In this document: in pieces, positions 31,548 to 41,744 of the stretch
Position numbering within the stretch: the first letter of the stretch is position 1
Layout: every line of letters starts with the position of its first letter
Virus record (IMG/VR): IMGVR_UViG_3300006065_000002
From: a virus
Length of the DNA: 64,000 bases
Strand: one strand, 5' to 3'
The notes under the pieces: model-generated
Told to the model about the DNA's origin: nothing
The model's database searches: none
What the model saw: the letters and a program-made list of their open reading frames with translations, nothing else
Translations under genes and position numbers: made by a program

Positions 31548-31603
31548 CATAAAAAGGTGTATATATAATGTGATGTTCAATCACACTACATATACACCAA
31601 ACT
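31548..31603 (-). repeat. Degenerate attC-like hairpin outside the main array
   Basis: GGTGTATATATAATGTGA / TCACACTACATATACACC, same family as the site at 49025. Confidence 0.6.
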
Positions 31604-31620
31604 ATACCCTGTGGTTTTGT

Positions 31621-31929
31621 TTAAGCTGTTACTTTTAAGTATTCGTCTTTTTTTGTTTTTTTCTTAGGTACATAACCACGTTCTAAACGAGCTTTTTGAA
31701 TTCTTCGTTTTTCTCTACGTTTGAATAAACAAGAACTATATTCTTCAGATATTTCCTTATGTAAGGTGACAATCTGTTCAAATAATTCTAATTTTTCTTT
31801 ATCAGTTAAATTTTTTGGTTTATGTGACCATCTTTTTGTTCTTTTTATTCCTATGTTTGGTTCTAACATCTTGTGAACCATATTGGAAAATTTACATTTA
31901 ATACTTGTTGATGAATTTAACGTTTTCAT
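31621..31929 (-). CDS. Hypothetical basic protein
   Basis: 102 aa ORF. Confidence 0.65.
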   Translation of the reverse strand: MKTLNSSTSIKCKFSNMVHKMLEPNIGIKRTKRWSHKPKNLTDKEKLELFEQIVTLHKEISEEYSSCLFKRREKRRIQKARLERGYVPKKKTKKDEYLKVTA

Positions 31930-32008
31930 ATTTTTTTTTAATTGTTATTTTTTTATTGTTTGTTTTATTTGTTGACAGATTTTAACTATTAAAATTCACG
32001 TCGGTCCT

Positions 32009-32346
32009 CTAATCTATGTCATAATATTCAATTTTAAAATTTTTTAATGATAAAGTTAATCTCTTAGTTTCATTTGTTTCAATAAAACAAATAGACGTTA
32101 ATTCATTATTTAAATCAGGTTCTATGAAATAAGAAACACAAATTTCTTTTTCAATTAACTTTGATAATAATGATTCTAATTTTTTTCTGAACAAGATAAC
32201 GATATTAAATATGAATTGTTCCATCGTTTTGCTAATTCAGGATGTTCTAAAAAAAATTGTGAAATTGAGTGACCCATTTGACTCATTTGTAATCCTGGTT
32301 TCAAATCATTTCTTGTTACCGTAATTAATACCTAATGTTTTTCCAT
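32009..32346 (-). pseudogene. Pth2-like phage protein with in-frame TAG at codon 5 and a -1 shift at an A7 run (pseudogene or recoded gene)
   Basis: MEKH*VLITVTRNDLKPGLQMSQMGHS...WNNSYLISL, then the -1 frame gives KLESLL...FIEPDLNNELTSI. Confidence 0.55.
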
Positions 32347-33244
32347 ATTAATAATTTCATTTAAAATTTGTAATTTATCATCATTATATTTTATTCGTAT
32401 TAATTTAATTGTTTTCTTTACAATAATCGGTTTTAATTTTATCTCTAGTTAATAATTTATTTGTGTTCATTTCGTCCTCCCCAAATTATTAATGGTTTAA
32501 AATGTTGTTCTCCGTCATATTCAATACATAAATTAAGATGGGGAATAAAAAAATCAAAAGGTAACGAATAAATAAATTTACAATCGTCAAATTTTTTTTT
32601 GTGGTATGAAAAATATTTTTTCTTTTTTTTCTTTTTTTAAAAAATTAGATATAAATGTTTCTCCTTTTGAATTTTTACATCTTGGACATCCAGATCCATT
32701 ATAGTGATGGATTGGTTTTTGTTCGAAAATACCATGAATAGGACATTTTATCTTAACTTTTTTTTGTACATTAATATATTCTACTAACGAATAATCATAT
32801 TTTAATTCGTGAATTTGATTAGATTTTTCTAAAAAATCATCAAACGATTTAGTTTTATTTGAACATTTTTGACAACCATTTCCATTATAGTGATGATACG
32901 GTATTTGTTCGAAAACGCCATGTATAGGACAAATAATTCTTATTTTTGTACGTATATTAACAAATACCACCAATGAATAATCATATTTATCACCGTGTAC
33001 TAATTTAGACCTTTTAATAAATTCATTTTTATCTATATTTTTTTTTGATTTATAATATGATGAACATTTTTGACAATCACAACCTCTAAGGTGATTTTTT
33101 GGGGTTTGTTTAAATATACCATGAACTGGACATATTATATTTACTTTATTATTATACCCATCATAATTAACTAATGAATAATCATATTTTTCTCCATGAA
33201 TAATTTTAGATTTTTTGTATAAAAGTATTTGTAATTAAATTCAT
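32332..33244 (-). pseudogene. Decayed homing endonuclease (3x HGxKYDYSLV/CPxHG repeats + IEYDGEQHF nuclease domain)
   Basis: Motifs are recoverable across several frames. Confidence 0.75.
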
Positions 33245-33458
33245 ATTAATAAATATATGATATTTTAGAAAATATATTAATTGTGCTATTTGATAACCAT
33301 AGTTTATAACTGATCTGGTTATCACAATTAATCTTGAAGTCTATAATTCTCTTTTCATAAAAATATAATTTTTAATTACTCTACAAATATAAATATATTT
33401 TTTTTAATAAAAAAATTTTTCATAGATTATTTTTTAAATATTTATAAAAAAAACATAT

Positions 33459-33602
33459 ATGAAAGAATTTAAACCAAATGATGGTAGACCAAAAATGGAT
33501 TTTGAAGTAAAAATAAAATTAGATAAGGAAAAAGCTCTTAAAGGTGTGAAGGTTTCAAAATCTTTTATAAAAAAAGTAATAGATGTCATTTTTAATAAAT
33601 AA
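33459..33602 (+). CDS. Small 47 aa ORF
   Basis: MKEFKPNDGRPK...FNK*, TATTTATA upstream and a terminator downstream. Confidence 0.5.
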   Translation: MKEFKPNDGRPKMDFEVKIKLDKEKALKGVKVSKSFIKKVIDVIFNK

Positions 33603-33635
33603 AAATGGGGGATAACCCCCATTTGTTTATTAAAA

Positions 33636-34097
33636 TTAGTTTCTAACTAAATAGTTTGCTGCGTATGTTGCTTGTGCCCCTTGACTTTTACAACGAGATT
33701 TATAACCCATTCCTTCAACCATACCTATTGCTTGTCTAAGAACACTATTTGATCTGTATTTAGGGTCAGGATTTAAATCAATATCAATATATGCAATTTT
33801 TGGTAATCCGTTTTCTTTTAAAAATTCAGCCATTTCAATAGATTTCCAAACTTCAGTAATTAATCTTACTTGTGTATTTCTTTCAATTGGTGTTACTTCA
33901 CGATAACATAAAACATGACCACCTTTTCCTTTTGTGTATAGTACAACTACAACACCATAAACAGTTCTTTTATTACCAAAAGATTGTGAATCACAACCAA
34001 TCAATATTTCAACATTGTCATTATTTTTCATATATTCTCTAATATATGATACAACATCTGAAACTGGCTTCTTATACAAAGTTCTAAACTGTTTCAT
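33636..34097 (-). CDS. YkuK/DUF458 RNase H-like protein
   Basis: ILIGCDSQ, RLITEVWKS, IDIDLN. Confidence 0.75.
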   Translation of the reverse strand: MKQFRTLYKKPVSDVVSYIREYMKNNDNVEILIGCDSQSFGNKRTVYGVVVVLYTKGKGGHVLCYREVTPIERNTQVRLITEVWKSIEMAEFLKENGLPKIAYIDIDLNPDPKYRSNSVLRQAIGMVEGMGYKSRCKSQGAQATYAANYLVRN

Positions 34098-34137
34098 AAA
34101 ATTTTTAAATTTTTATATACAATAAATATCATAAATG

Positions 34138-34222
34138 CGGAAGATACTGGATTCGAACCAGTGAACCAATTTCTCGATTACAGTTTAGCAAACTGCTGCA
34201 TTAACCACTCTGCCAATCTTCC
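34138..34222 (-). tRNA. tRNA-Ser(GCU)
   Basis: Cloverleaf, loop TT-GCT-AA, long variable arm, G73. Confidence 0.9.
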
Positions 34223-34583
34223 TTTTTTGTTTACCCAACATATCCAAAATTTAGGATTTATTTTAAAAATAAATGAACTTATATTATATTTCCAAACATT
34301 AATCCAATATCCTTTTTTACATATATTACATTCATCGTTGTGTGAATAATGTATAGAACATATTGAAAACCAACGTTTTTTCCAAAAAAAATCACCTTTT
34401 TCTTTCATTTTTATTATCAATTCTTTTTTCATTTAAAAAATCAATACATGCTGGATCACCAATTAAAAACTCGTGTGAAAAATATTTTTCATTAAAATCT
34501 TTATTCGGTATAATATCAAACTCTTTTCTTAATTCATCTAATTCTGATGTATATCTATAAAGTTTAGTCATATAAAAAAATTG

Positions 34584-34668
34584 TTGTCCCAGTGGGATTC
34601 GAACCCACAAACCCTTACGGGCACCAGATCCAAAGTCTGGCATGTTTATCCAATTCCATCACAGGACA
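34584..34668 (-). tRNA. Leu-type (class II) tRNA carrying a UUG (Gln) anticodon
   Basis: CCAGA-CT-TTG-GA-TCTGG; variable arm GCCC-GTAA-GGGT; A73. Confidence 0.7.
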
Positions 34669-34725
34669 ATTAATAAAGACGAACTATGGACTTGTGTACC
34701 ATATGTGACCGTTTGAAAAAATCTA

Positions 34726-35952
34726 CTAAAAACTAGTAAATCCTTTTCTTCCTATTTCATCGAGTGTGTAACCACTACTCTCAATAGGCGTTAATTCCCC
34801 ATTACGGATGGGTATTTTATTATTTAAAAGTTTTATTCCCTCATTTCTGATGTTAATTGCTGCATTATAATCTCTATCAATTAACACATTACATTTTGGA
34901 CATTTAAATGTCCTGTCATTCAGTGTCAAATCATCCTTCTTATAACCACAACAATGACATAATTTTGAACTAGGAAACCATCTATCAATTTGAACTAAAT
35001 CTCTACCATACCAACTACTCTTATAAATTAACATGGTTTTAAATTTATATAAACTTAATTCTTGTATACTTCTGGCAAGTTTATGATTTTTCATCATTCC
35101 CTTTACATTTAAATCTTCCATTACTATAACTTGATTTTCATTAAGTAATTGATTACTGACCTGATGTAAATAATTTTCTTTAATATTATTTAATTTCTCA
35201 TTAAATTTAGCTAATTTAATTCTGCATTTTTCTTTATTTTTACTTCCATTAATTTTTCTACTTAAACTTTTATTTAATCTTTTTAATTTCTTTTGATTGT
35301 TTCGTTTAATTTTAATATTTTCAAATATTTCTCCTTCTGATGTAATTACAAAATCTTTAATGCCTAAATCAATACCAATTATATTCTCTGACTTAGGTAA
35401 TTCTTTACCAATTGGTAAATCTATAAGAATTGAAAGAAAGTATTTACCTGACTTTGTTTTAGTTAGAGTACTTGATTTAATATTTTCTTTAAAATTAGTT
35501 AAATAATTACAGTACTTATCTGAGCATTTAAACTTAACTTTCTTTAAATCAGAAGTTAATGTTATTTTATAATCCGAATATATGTTTTTCTTTGATATAG
35601 CTTCTAATGGAAATCTACAACTTTGATTATTATCATGTTTTGATTTAAATTTAGGAAAACCATTACCATTAATAAAAAATCGTTTATATGATTCCATTAA
35701 ATTCATTATGGATTGTTTAAGAACTTTGGTGTTATGTTCTTGAAGCCAATTATATTCAGGATTTTTGGTAAGGTCTTGGTGAAAGAAATTGCCTAATTCT
35801 TTTAAACCTAAATTAGATTTATCTTCCAAATATTTTGATTTTTTTAAATTAAGACATTGATTATATACAAAACGATATGAACCAAGAAGATTTGATATAT
35901 AATCTTCTTGTGTTTTATTTGGATATAATCTTATTTTAACTGCTTTTAACAT
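34726..35952 (-). mobile_element. tnpB: IS200/IS605-family TnpB, intact, no TnpA
   Basis: KIRLYP HTH, GIDLG, MEDL, Zn finger, DRDYNAAIN; TTCAA right end at 34713-34717. Confidence 0.92.
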
Positions 35953-36150
35953 TTATTTATAATGGGGGTGTTATTGCACCCTTATATAAATACATAATAA
36001 AGTCAGAAAAGATAAAGATTTTAAAAAAATAATTTCAAAGAACTTTTTATAATTATTTTTAATAATTTGTAATTTTTTGTAGGTTTTCATTAACTGTAAC
36101 AATACCCTTTAAATCATCACTAACCCCAGGTGTAGTCAATTCGTCTTTTG

Positions 36151-36222
36151 AGCACGTGATGGGAATCGAACCCACATCAGAAGATTGGAAATCTCCTGCA
36201 CTAGCCTTTGTGCTACACATGC
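36151..36222 (-). tRNA. tRNA-Gly(UCC)
   Basis: Cloverleaf, loop TT-TCC-AA. Confidence 0.9.
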
Positions 36223-36234
36223 GTTTTAAATTTG

Positions 36235-36317
36235 AGCCGAGGGTGGGATTCGAACCCACGTGTCCTTACGGAACCGGATTACAAATCCGGTGCAATCAAC
36301 CACTATGCAACCAAGGC
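36235..36317 (-). tRNA. tRNA-Thr(UGU) with long variable arm and 2 acceptor mismatches
   Basis: CCGGA-TT-TGT-AA-TCCGG; variable arm TCC-GTAA-GGA. Confidence 0.7.
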
Positions 36318-36370
36318 ATGGAGAGGGACAGGTTATTTATACCTTTAAGGGACTCCCTCAGACCCATTTG

Positions 36371-36443
36371 AGCGAATGATCGGATTCGAACCGACAACTT
36401 TCACCTTGGCAAGGTGATACTCTAACCGTTGAGCTACATTCGC
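36371..36443 (-). tRNA. tRNA-Gly(GCC)
   Basis: Cloverleaf, loop TT-GCC-AA. Confidence 0.92.
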
Positions 36444-36445
36444 AA

Positions 36446-36727
36446 TTATTTATTATCTCTATTTTTACCAATATGATATCCATCACAATAAATACATTTA
36501 TAAGTACTAAAATAATTACCTAGTTTTTTGTTCATACTTACAGATACTTTAATAGCACCTTCTTTTGTTTTATACATCTGTTTTGGTTTATTAGTATCTT
36601 GTCTAATATGTGAATTTATATGAAACAAACCCCAACCATTTCCTGTTATAAAAAAATTTATAAATAATCTTTTTAATGGTAATTGATCTTTTATACCTAA
36701 TATGATGTTTCTTAATTTCATTATCAT
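36446..36727 (-). CDS. Hypothetical protein with CxxCxxxH motif
   Basis: YKCIYCDGYHIG. Confidence 0.6.
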   Translation of the reverse strand: MIMKLRNIILGIKDQLPLKRLFINFFITGNGWGLFHINSHIRQDTNKPKQMYKTKEGAIKVSVSMNKKLGNYFSTYKCIYCDGYHIGKNRDNK

Positions 36728-36736
36728 TATTTTTAG

Positions 36737-36812
36737 TAGTCGCTAATGGATTCGAACCATTGATCTTCTGGATGTAAGCCAGATGCTTTAAAACCAACTA
36801 AGCGAAGCGACC
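36737..36812 (-). tRNA. tRNA-Val(UAC)
   Basis: TCTGG-CT-TAC-AT-CCAGA. Confidence 0.88.
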
Positions 36813-36820
36813 ATTTAAAG

Positions 36821-36894
36821 TGGGCCCGGAGGGAATCGAACCCACCACCGTTAGATTATGAGTCTACTGCTCTAACCGACTGAGCTACGGGCCC
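36821..36894 (-). tRNA. tRNA-CAU, probably Ile2 (lysidine type)
   Basis: GGGCCCG acceptor, loop CT-CAT-AA, no initiator features. Confidence 0.8.
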
Positions 36895-37373
36895 TAAAAA
36901 ATTACCACGAACTTAAATCTGTTACGTTTTTTACTATTTTACTTACGGAATTTTCTGTACATTTTGGTTTATCAATGATAACAACTTCTGTTCCTATCCC
37001 TGTTGGTGTAAACCCATAAGTAAATGTTATATCATTTCCGTATTTCTTCTCCATTTTTTTTTGAATTTTTTAACACGTTTAAGTTCAATATCAGTTAATT
37101 AAAACGTCATAACGTATCAATTTTAGTTAATTGAACTGGTGTTACACCATCAAACTTAATTGAATAAACATACATTATATTATGGTTAGATAAAACCTCT
37201 TTGTTTATATCTGTTTCTTTATAACAGTTTTTCCAAATAGGAGAATCGTTTAAATTTTTTCTGATGTTTACATCATTAACCGGTGAAAATACTTTCTCTG
37301 TAATCATAACTTTTTTTTTAGATTATTAATTGTTAATTTAAAGCTCATTTTTTATGTTTTTTGAGCCATATTG

Positions 37374-37454
37374 TGGTGCCGGAGGGATTCGAACCCCCAT
37401 GTCCGAAAAACTTGATTTACAGTCAAGCGAGCCAGCCAATTGCTCAACGACACC
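37374..37454 (-). tRNA. tRNA-Tyr(GUA)
   Basis: CTTGA-CT-GTA-AA-TCAAG, long variable region. Confidence 0.9.
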
Positions 37455-37464
37455 ATTTTTTTTG

Positions 37465-37548
37465 TGCTCTAGGTCGGGATCGAACCGACACATCCGAAGA
37501 TATTAGTTCCTAAGACTAACGCGTACTACCAAATTTCGCCACTAGAGC
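37465..37548 (-). tRNA. tRNA-Leu(UAG)
   Basis: TTAGT-CT-TAG-GA-ACTAA, long variable arm. Confidence 0.92.
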
Positions 37549-37563
37549 ATTTTTCAATTTTTG

Positions 37564-37651
37564 AGGACAAGGTGGGATTCGAACCCACGTTGGAACTTTC
37601 GTTCACCAGATTAACAGTCTGGACTTTTCGACCAACTAAAGCAACTCGTCC
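37564..37651 (-). tRNA. tRNA-Asn(GUU) with long variable arm
   Basis: CCAGA-CT-GTT-AA-TCTGG; variable arm GAAC-GAAA-GTTC. Confidence 0.8.
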
Positions 37652-38191
37652 GGTATGATTGTTAAACCATCATGTATTTCACCATGACAATTTGAACAAA
37701 CTAAAATACATTTATCTACTTCTTTTTTTAATTTTTCAAAAGATAGTGATTTACCTGAAATAGAAAAATTTTTTTCATTAGGGTTTTTATGATGAAAATG
37801 TAAAGAACTAATACATCTATTATAACCACATAATTGACATTTATTTCCTTTATAGGAAATAAGTTTTATTTTCACTCTTTTTCTCCATAATATTACTGAT
37901 TCTGAAGACGGTATTTTTTTATTTTTTTTTTATTAACTGTAATTTTTTTTTAACAGTATCATACGCATGACCTTTTAATTTTGCAACTTTTTTTAAATTA
38001 CCTATTTGTTCGTATAATGTTTGTAAGTCCAATTTTTCTTATTCAGATAACCTATCACTATAACCCCCTATTTTCTTCATTTTACAATGGTACGATACTG
38101 TTGAAACAGCACAATTTAATTCTTTAGCTATTTTTTTCATAGAAAACTCTTGTTTTCTTAATTCAATTATTTTTTCTTTTAAATTATTCAT
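37636..38191 (-). pseudogene. Decayed HTH + HNH homing endonuclease
   Basis: HTH piece, premature TAA at 38039, poly-A frameshifts, then CQLCG...LHFHH...LVCSNCHGEIH. Confidence 0.75.
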
Positions 38192-38204
38192 AAAATATAA
38201 TATG

Positions 38205-38279
38205 TCGGGATGAAAGGACTCGAACCTTCGACCTGATGCTCCCAAAGCACCCATTCTAAACCAACTGAACTACATCCCG
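38205..38279 (-). tRNA. tRNA-Pro(UGG)
   Basis: CGGGATG acceptor, loop TT-TGG-GA. Confidence 0.92.
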
Positions 38280-38290
38280 TTATTAAATTG

Positions 38291-38365
38291 AAGGGGAGAT
38301 GGGACTCGAACCCACATCATCCATTTACACTAGTACAGTTTAGAAGACTGTTGTGATACACCCCC
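38291..38365 (-). tRNA. Atypical tRNA-Arg(UCU)-like RNA lacking a D-arm
   Basis: ACAGT-CT-TCT-AA-ACTGT starts about 13 nt after the 5' end; long variable region; normal T-arm. Confidence 0.55.
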
Positions 38366-38454
38366 ATTTATTTACCCTTATATCTATAATTTAAAAGTTT
38401 TGGTGACTCTGGTCGGACTCGAACCGACACGACCTTTACAGATCGACAGATTTT

Positions 38455-39411
38455 CGTACCACTATAACTTTAGTTACCATATAAAATATGTTTGTGGTCT
38501 GGACTATTTCTTTACCATGTCTAAAATACCATAAAATGAACACCATTTTCTTACAGCATTATCTGAAACATTATAATATTTACCCACACTAACAAATGTG
38601 TTTAATTCTTGAAATTTTTTTATCAATTCAAAAACACTTGGTCGATTACCTTTGTTTGAATCGATATAACATTCTGTTGAACAATATTTTTTTTGTCTGT
38701 TAGTTAAATAATTATCACAATAGTTACATTTCATTTTTACTTTATTTTTTGATTTAGGTATATCGTGTATAGTCTCTGCACCTTCCTTTTTTAAAAGGCT
38801 TGGCTCAAGATTGTCATCAGCATTACCTGTTAAGATTTCCTTGAATTTACGATATTCTACTTCTTTCTTTTCAGAAAGAGCACTCTTACCTTTTCTATAT
38901 GTATCAGTGAAAGAATGACAGTTTGGGCACAATATTTTCAAATTTTAAATAATCTATTATCAGTATTTATTCCGTTTACATGATGTAATTCTAACTTAAT
39001 TGGTTTACCTAACCATTCATTATTATTACACATTTCACATTTTGGTTTTTTAATACCCTCATTTAACAATCTTTTTCTTAATTTATCACTACTAGTGTAA
39101 GTTGAATTTTCAATTAATATTTCATCTAAAGTATATTTTTTAAATGGTTTAAATTTTAACCCTATATTCCAACCTTTTCCTCTAAAATGTGATGTATCAA
39201 TATTATATTGTTTTAATTTTGATTTTAGTGTCCTATAATTACCACCTATCGGTTTTATTTCCAAATTTCTACATAATTCCGCTAAAGAAAAACTAACTTC
39301 AACTTTTTCCTTAATTTCAGTAAATCTATATTTCATTTTATTTTATATAATATACTTAAATATGTGAAAATCGAACCCGCATGATACAAAATAGAATTTT
39401 ACGGTTTTTCA
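38455..39411 (-). mobile_element. Group I intron (957 nt)
   Basis: P AAATTCAAGGAA (~38838-38849), Q AATCTTGAGCC (~38802-38812), R GCAGAGACTA (~38770-38779), S AAAGAAATAGTCC (38501-38513); terminal G at 38455. Confidence 0.88.
38504..39336 (-). pseudogene. Intron-encoded HNH endonuclease, frameshifted near 38940
   Basis: CEMC...LELHHVNG...DNRL / KILCPNCHS; C-terminal KYCSTEC and HTH. Confidence 0.8.
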
Positions 39412-39826
39412 AAGTCTGTTGCGTACTACCAAATTTCGCCACAGAGCCATTAAATAATTTTTTTCCAGCATGTCAAAGAACTGATAAAAATATTGGAATA
39501 ATTCAAAATTTTGAATTTACTATTCCGTTTTTAAAAGAACTAATCTCGGTACAAAGATAACTAATATTTTTTAATAAACAAAAAAACCGAACTTTTTTTT
39601 AAGTCCGGCTTTTAATTTTAATTTTAAATGTTTATATATAATATTGGTTTATTGCTTAAAATCCGAACTTGATAATTGTAATTGCACACTTGTTCCATTA
39701 CCATAATATGGTCTAAGCGTGGGTAATATGTTTATCAAGTTTTTCATACGATTATAAATATAAGCAAATATACAAAAAATTTTTTAAATATACAAAATAA
39801 TAAAAAATAATGTTTTTTATAAAAAA

Positions 39827-40246
39827 TTATCTTCTACCACTATTTGATCTAGTTTCAAAACGTTGTTCAGTTTGATTAATAGGTTTGGAATTAGTTTCTC
39901 GTTGTGGTGTTATATTAGTTTCACGTCTAGGTTGAACAACTCTAGGTGATGAAGTATTAGTTTCACGTCTAGGTTGAACAACTCTAGGTGATGAAGTATT
40001 AGTTTCACGTCTAGGTTGAACAACTCTAGGTGTTGGTTGTTTTTCCTTTTTAGGTTTCAGTACAACATATGGACGATACATATAAGATGGTGCGTGATAA
40101 AACGTTGTTACGTTACCATTATATCTATAGTACCAACCATAGGGATAATAAATATCGTCATATACAGGAATAGTAGTAACTCTTGATTGAACATAACAAC
40201 TTGTTAGAAACAACATTGTTAAAAATAATACAGTAATTTTTTTCAT
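39827..40246 (-). CDS. Lipoprotein with 42-bp tandem repeats
   Basis: Lipobox LFLTSC; RVVQPRRETNTSSP repeated about 3 times (39913-40032). Confidence 0.75.
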   Translation of the reverse strand: MKKITVLFLTMLFLTSCYVQSRVTTIPVYDDIYYPYGWYYRYNGNVTTFYHAPSYMYRPYVVLKPKKEKQPTPRVVQPRRETNTSSPRVVQPRRETNTSSPRVVQPRRETNITPQRETNSKPINQTEQRFETRSNSGRR

Positions 40247-41574
40247 AATATTGAAATTGAAATATTAGATTTTATATTATTAATTTGTTTAGTCACATCA
40301 AAATTAGTACCAGAACAACCATTAAATGATGTATAAGGGTCATTAAAATTCAAACATACATTTTCCAAACCACCTTTATTGACATAAAATTTAAGATTAG
40401 AACCTGATTTAAATACTAATGAACTACTATCTCCAGCGATAGACGATTGTAATGTTGGTGGACCAAACCCATTTCCGTTATCAACAAAAATTTGAAATAC
40501 ACCTATATTTTCCAAAGATTTAGTAATAGACCATTTTAATGTAAAATATTCATTTGGTTCTGGTGTCGGAATCGGTGTTGGAATCGGTGTTGGAATCGGT
40601 GTTGGTTTTGGTGGGATCTTATTTCCATATTCATCATGTTCATAAAATTTAACTGATTTAATTATAAAATCTGACACAGGTTTGGTGTAATTATCATTAT
40701 GAACAGCGTTATTTATAAGTGGATAAATTGGTTGATCATATAAACCAACTCTCATAACTGCAGTTTTAATTCCATCAATATAAAATTCATGTCTATCTTT
40801 TAATACTCTTAAACTGAATTCATAAAATTCATCATGGTTTATTTTTTCTATATCAATACCTTTACCATATTTTCTATATTCTTCAGTAGTGAAACCATAA
40901 TGAATAGTATGACGAACTTTTTTATTTTTCATTAACTCCATTAAATCAATTTCTGGTATGATATGGTCAGACCCAATTTTTATATTAAAATCATTATGTG
41001 ATATTTCATCGTATAACACTAACATATTTTTTTCAGAATCATATGAGTAAATTCTAGAAAGTATATTTCTATTAGAATCTAATAACCACCAATTTATTTT
41101 TGGTATTTTTTCGGGTTTGACTGCGAGATAAACATTTTTTCCTTCTATTTTTTCGGCTAAACAATCAAATTGCATTTCAACAGGTGGGTGTGAACGTCTT
41201 AAAAACCATAACGCAGCAAAAGAATTTGCAGGTACTTTAACTTTAAATGACCATGTACCATATAATTTATCTTTAAATAAATTTTTATATGTGATACCAC
41301 CCATTTTCCAATAACATTCTTTTGTTACACCCCAAAATGTTTTAGTTTCTAAAGTTTGTTTTACTTTTAGATGTAATTCGTTATTTTCAAGTGATACACA
41401 ATCTTCAGAAAAATATGTATGATCTAAATAAAAAGGGAAATCCCAAAAATTAAACGATGGGTTATTCCAATTTTCTTCCCATGTTGGTGTACCAAAATCA
41501 ACAGGTTTAATTTTATTTTTACAAAATTTGTAACGTAATTTTAAATAAATGTTTTCAATTGTAGGTATATCCAT
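40243..41574 (-). CDS. GH16-like glycoside hydrolase with Pro/Thr linker
   Basis: PEIDLME catalytic motif, LYGTWSFKVK, FYIDG; PTPI repeats. Confidence 0.6.
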   Translation of the reverse strand: MDIPTIENIYLKLRYKFCKNKIKPVDFGTPTWEENWNNPSFNFWDFPFYLDHTYFSEDCVSLENNELHLKVKQTLETKTFWGVTKECYWKMGGITYKNLFKDKLYGTWSFKVKVPANSFAALWFLRRSHPPVEMQFDCLAEKIEGKNVYLAVKPEKIPKINWWLLDSNRNILSRIYSYDSEKNMLVLYDEISHNDFNIKIGSDHIIPEIDLMELMKNKKVRHTIHYGFTTEEYRKYGKGIDIEKINHDEFYEFSLRVLKDRHEFYIDGIKTAVMRVGLYDQPIYPLINNAVHNDNYTKPVSDFIIKSVKFYEHDEYGNKIPPKPTPIPTPIPTPIPTPEPNEYFTLKWSITKSLENIGVFQIFVDNGNGFGPPTLQSSIAGDSSSLVFKSGSNLKFYVNKGGLENVCLNFNDPYTSFNGCSGTNFDVTKQINNIKSNISISIL

Positions 41575-41653
41575 AATTTTTTCTTTTATAATAAATATAT
41601 AAAAAAAAAGATAAGGTTATCAATCTTATCTTTTTTAAAAATGTTATTATTTG

Positions 41654-41744
41654 CGGAAGTTGAGAGACTCGAACTCTCACACCAACTCGTCGCCGATGAC
41701 TGGTTTTCAAGACCAGGCCGATACCAATTTCGGTTCAAACTTCC
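41654..41744 (-). tRNA. tRNA-Ser(UGA)
   Basis: CTGGT-CT-TGA-AA-ACCAG, long variable arm, G73. Confidence 0.92.

Larger units (their letters stand above)
38401..39448 (-). tRNA. tRNA-Leu(UAA) split by a group I intron (exons 39412-39448 and 38401-38454)
   Basis: 5' exon ...ACAGACTT + 3' exon AAAATCTGT... gives loop CT-TAA-AA; CCA is encoded. Confidence 0.9.

Noticed and set aside
36318-36365. Small GAGGGA/TCCCTC hairpin between tRNAs
   Set aside because: Too short and has no tRNA or known motif features; probably a spacer hairpin or relic.
36059-36797. ORFs 36059-36259, 36156-36371 and 36603-36797
   Set aside because: They overlap tRNA genes and read like tRNA shadow translations.
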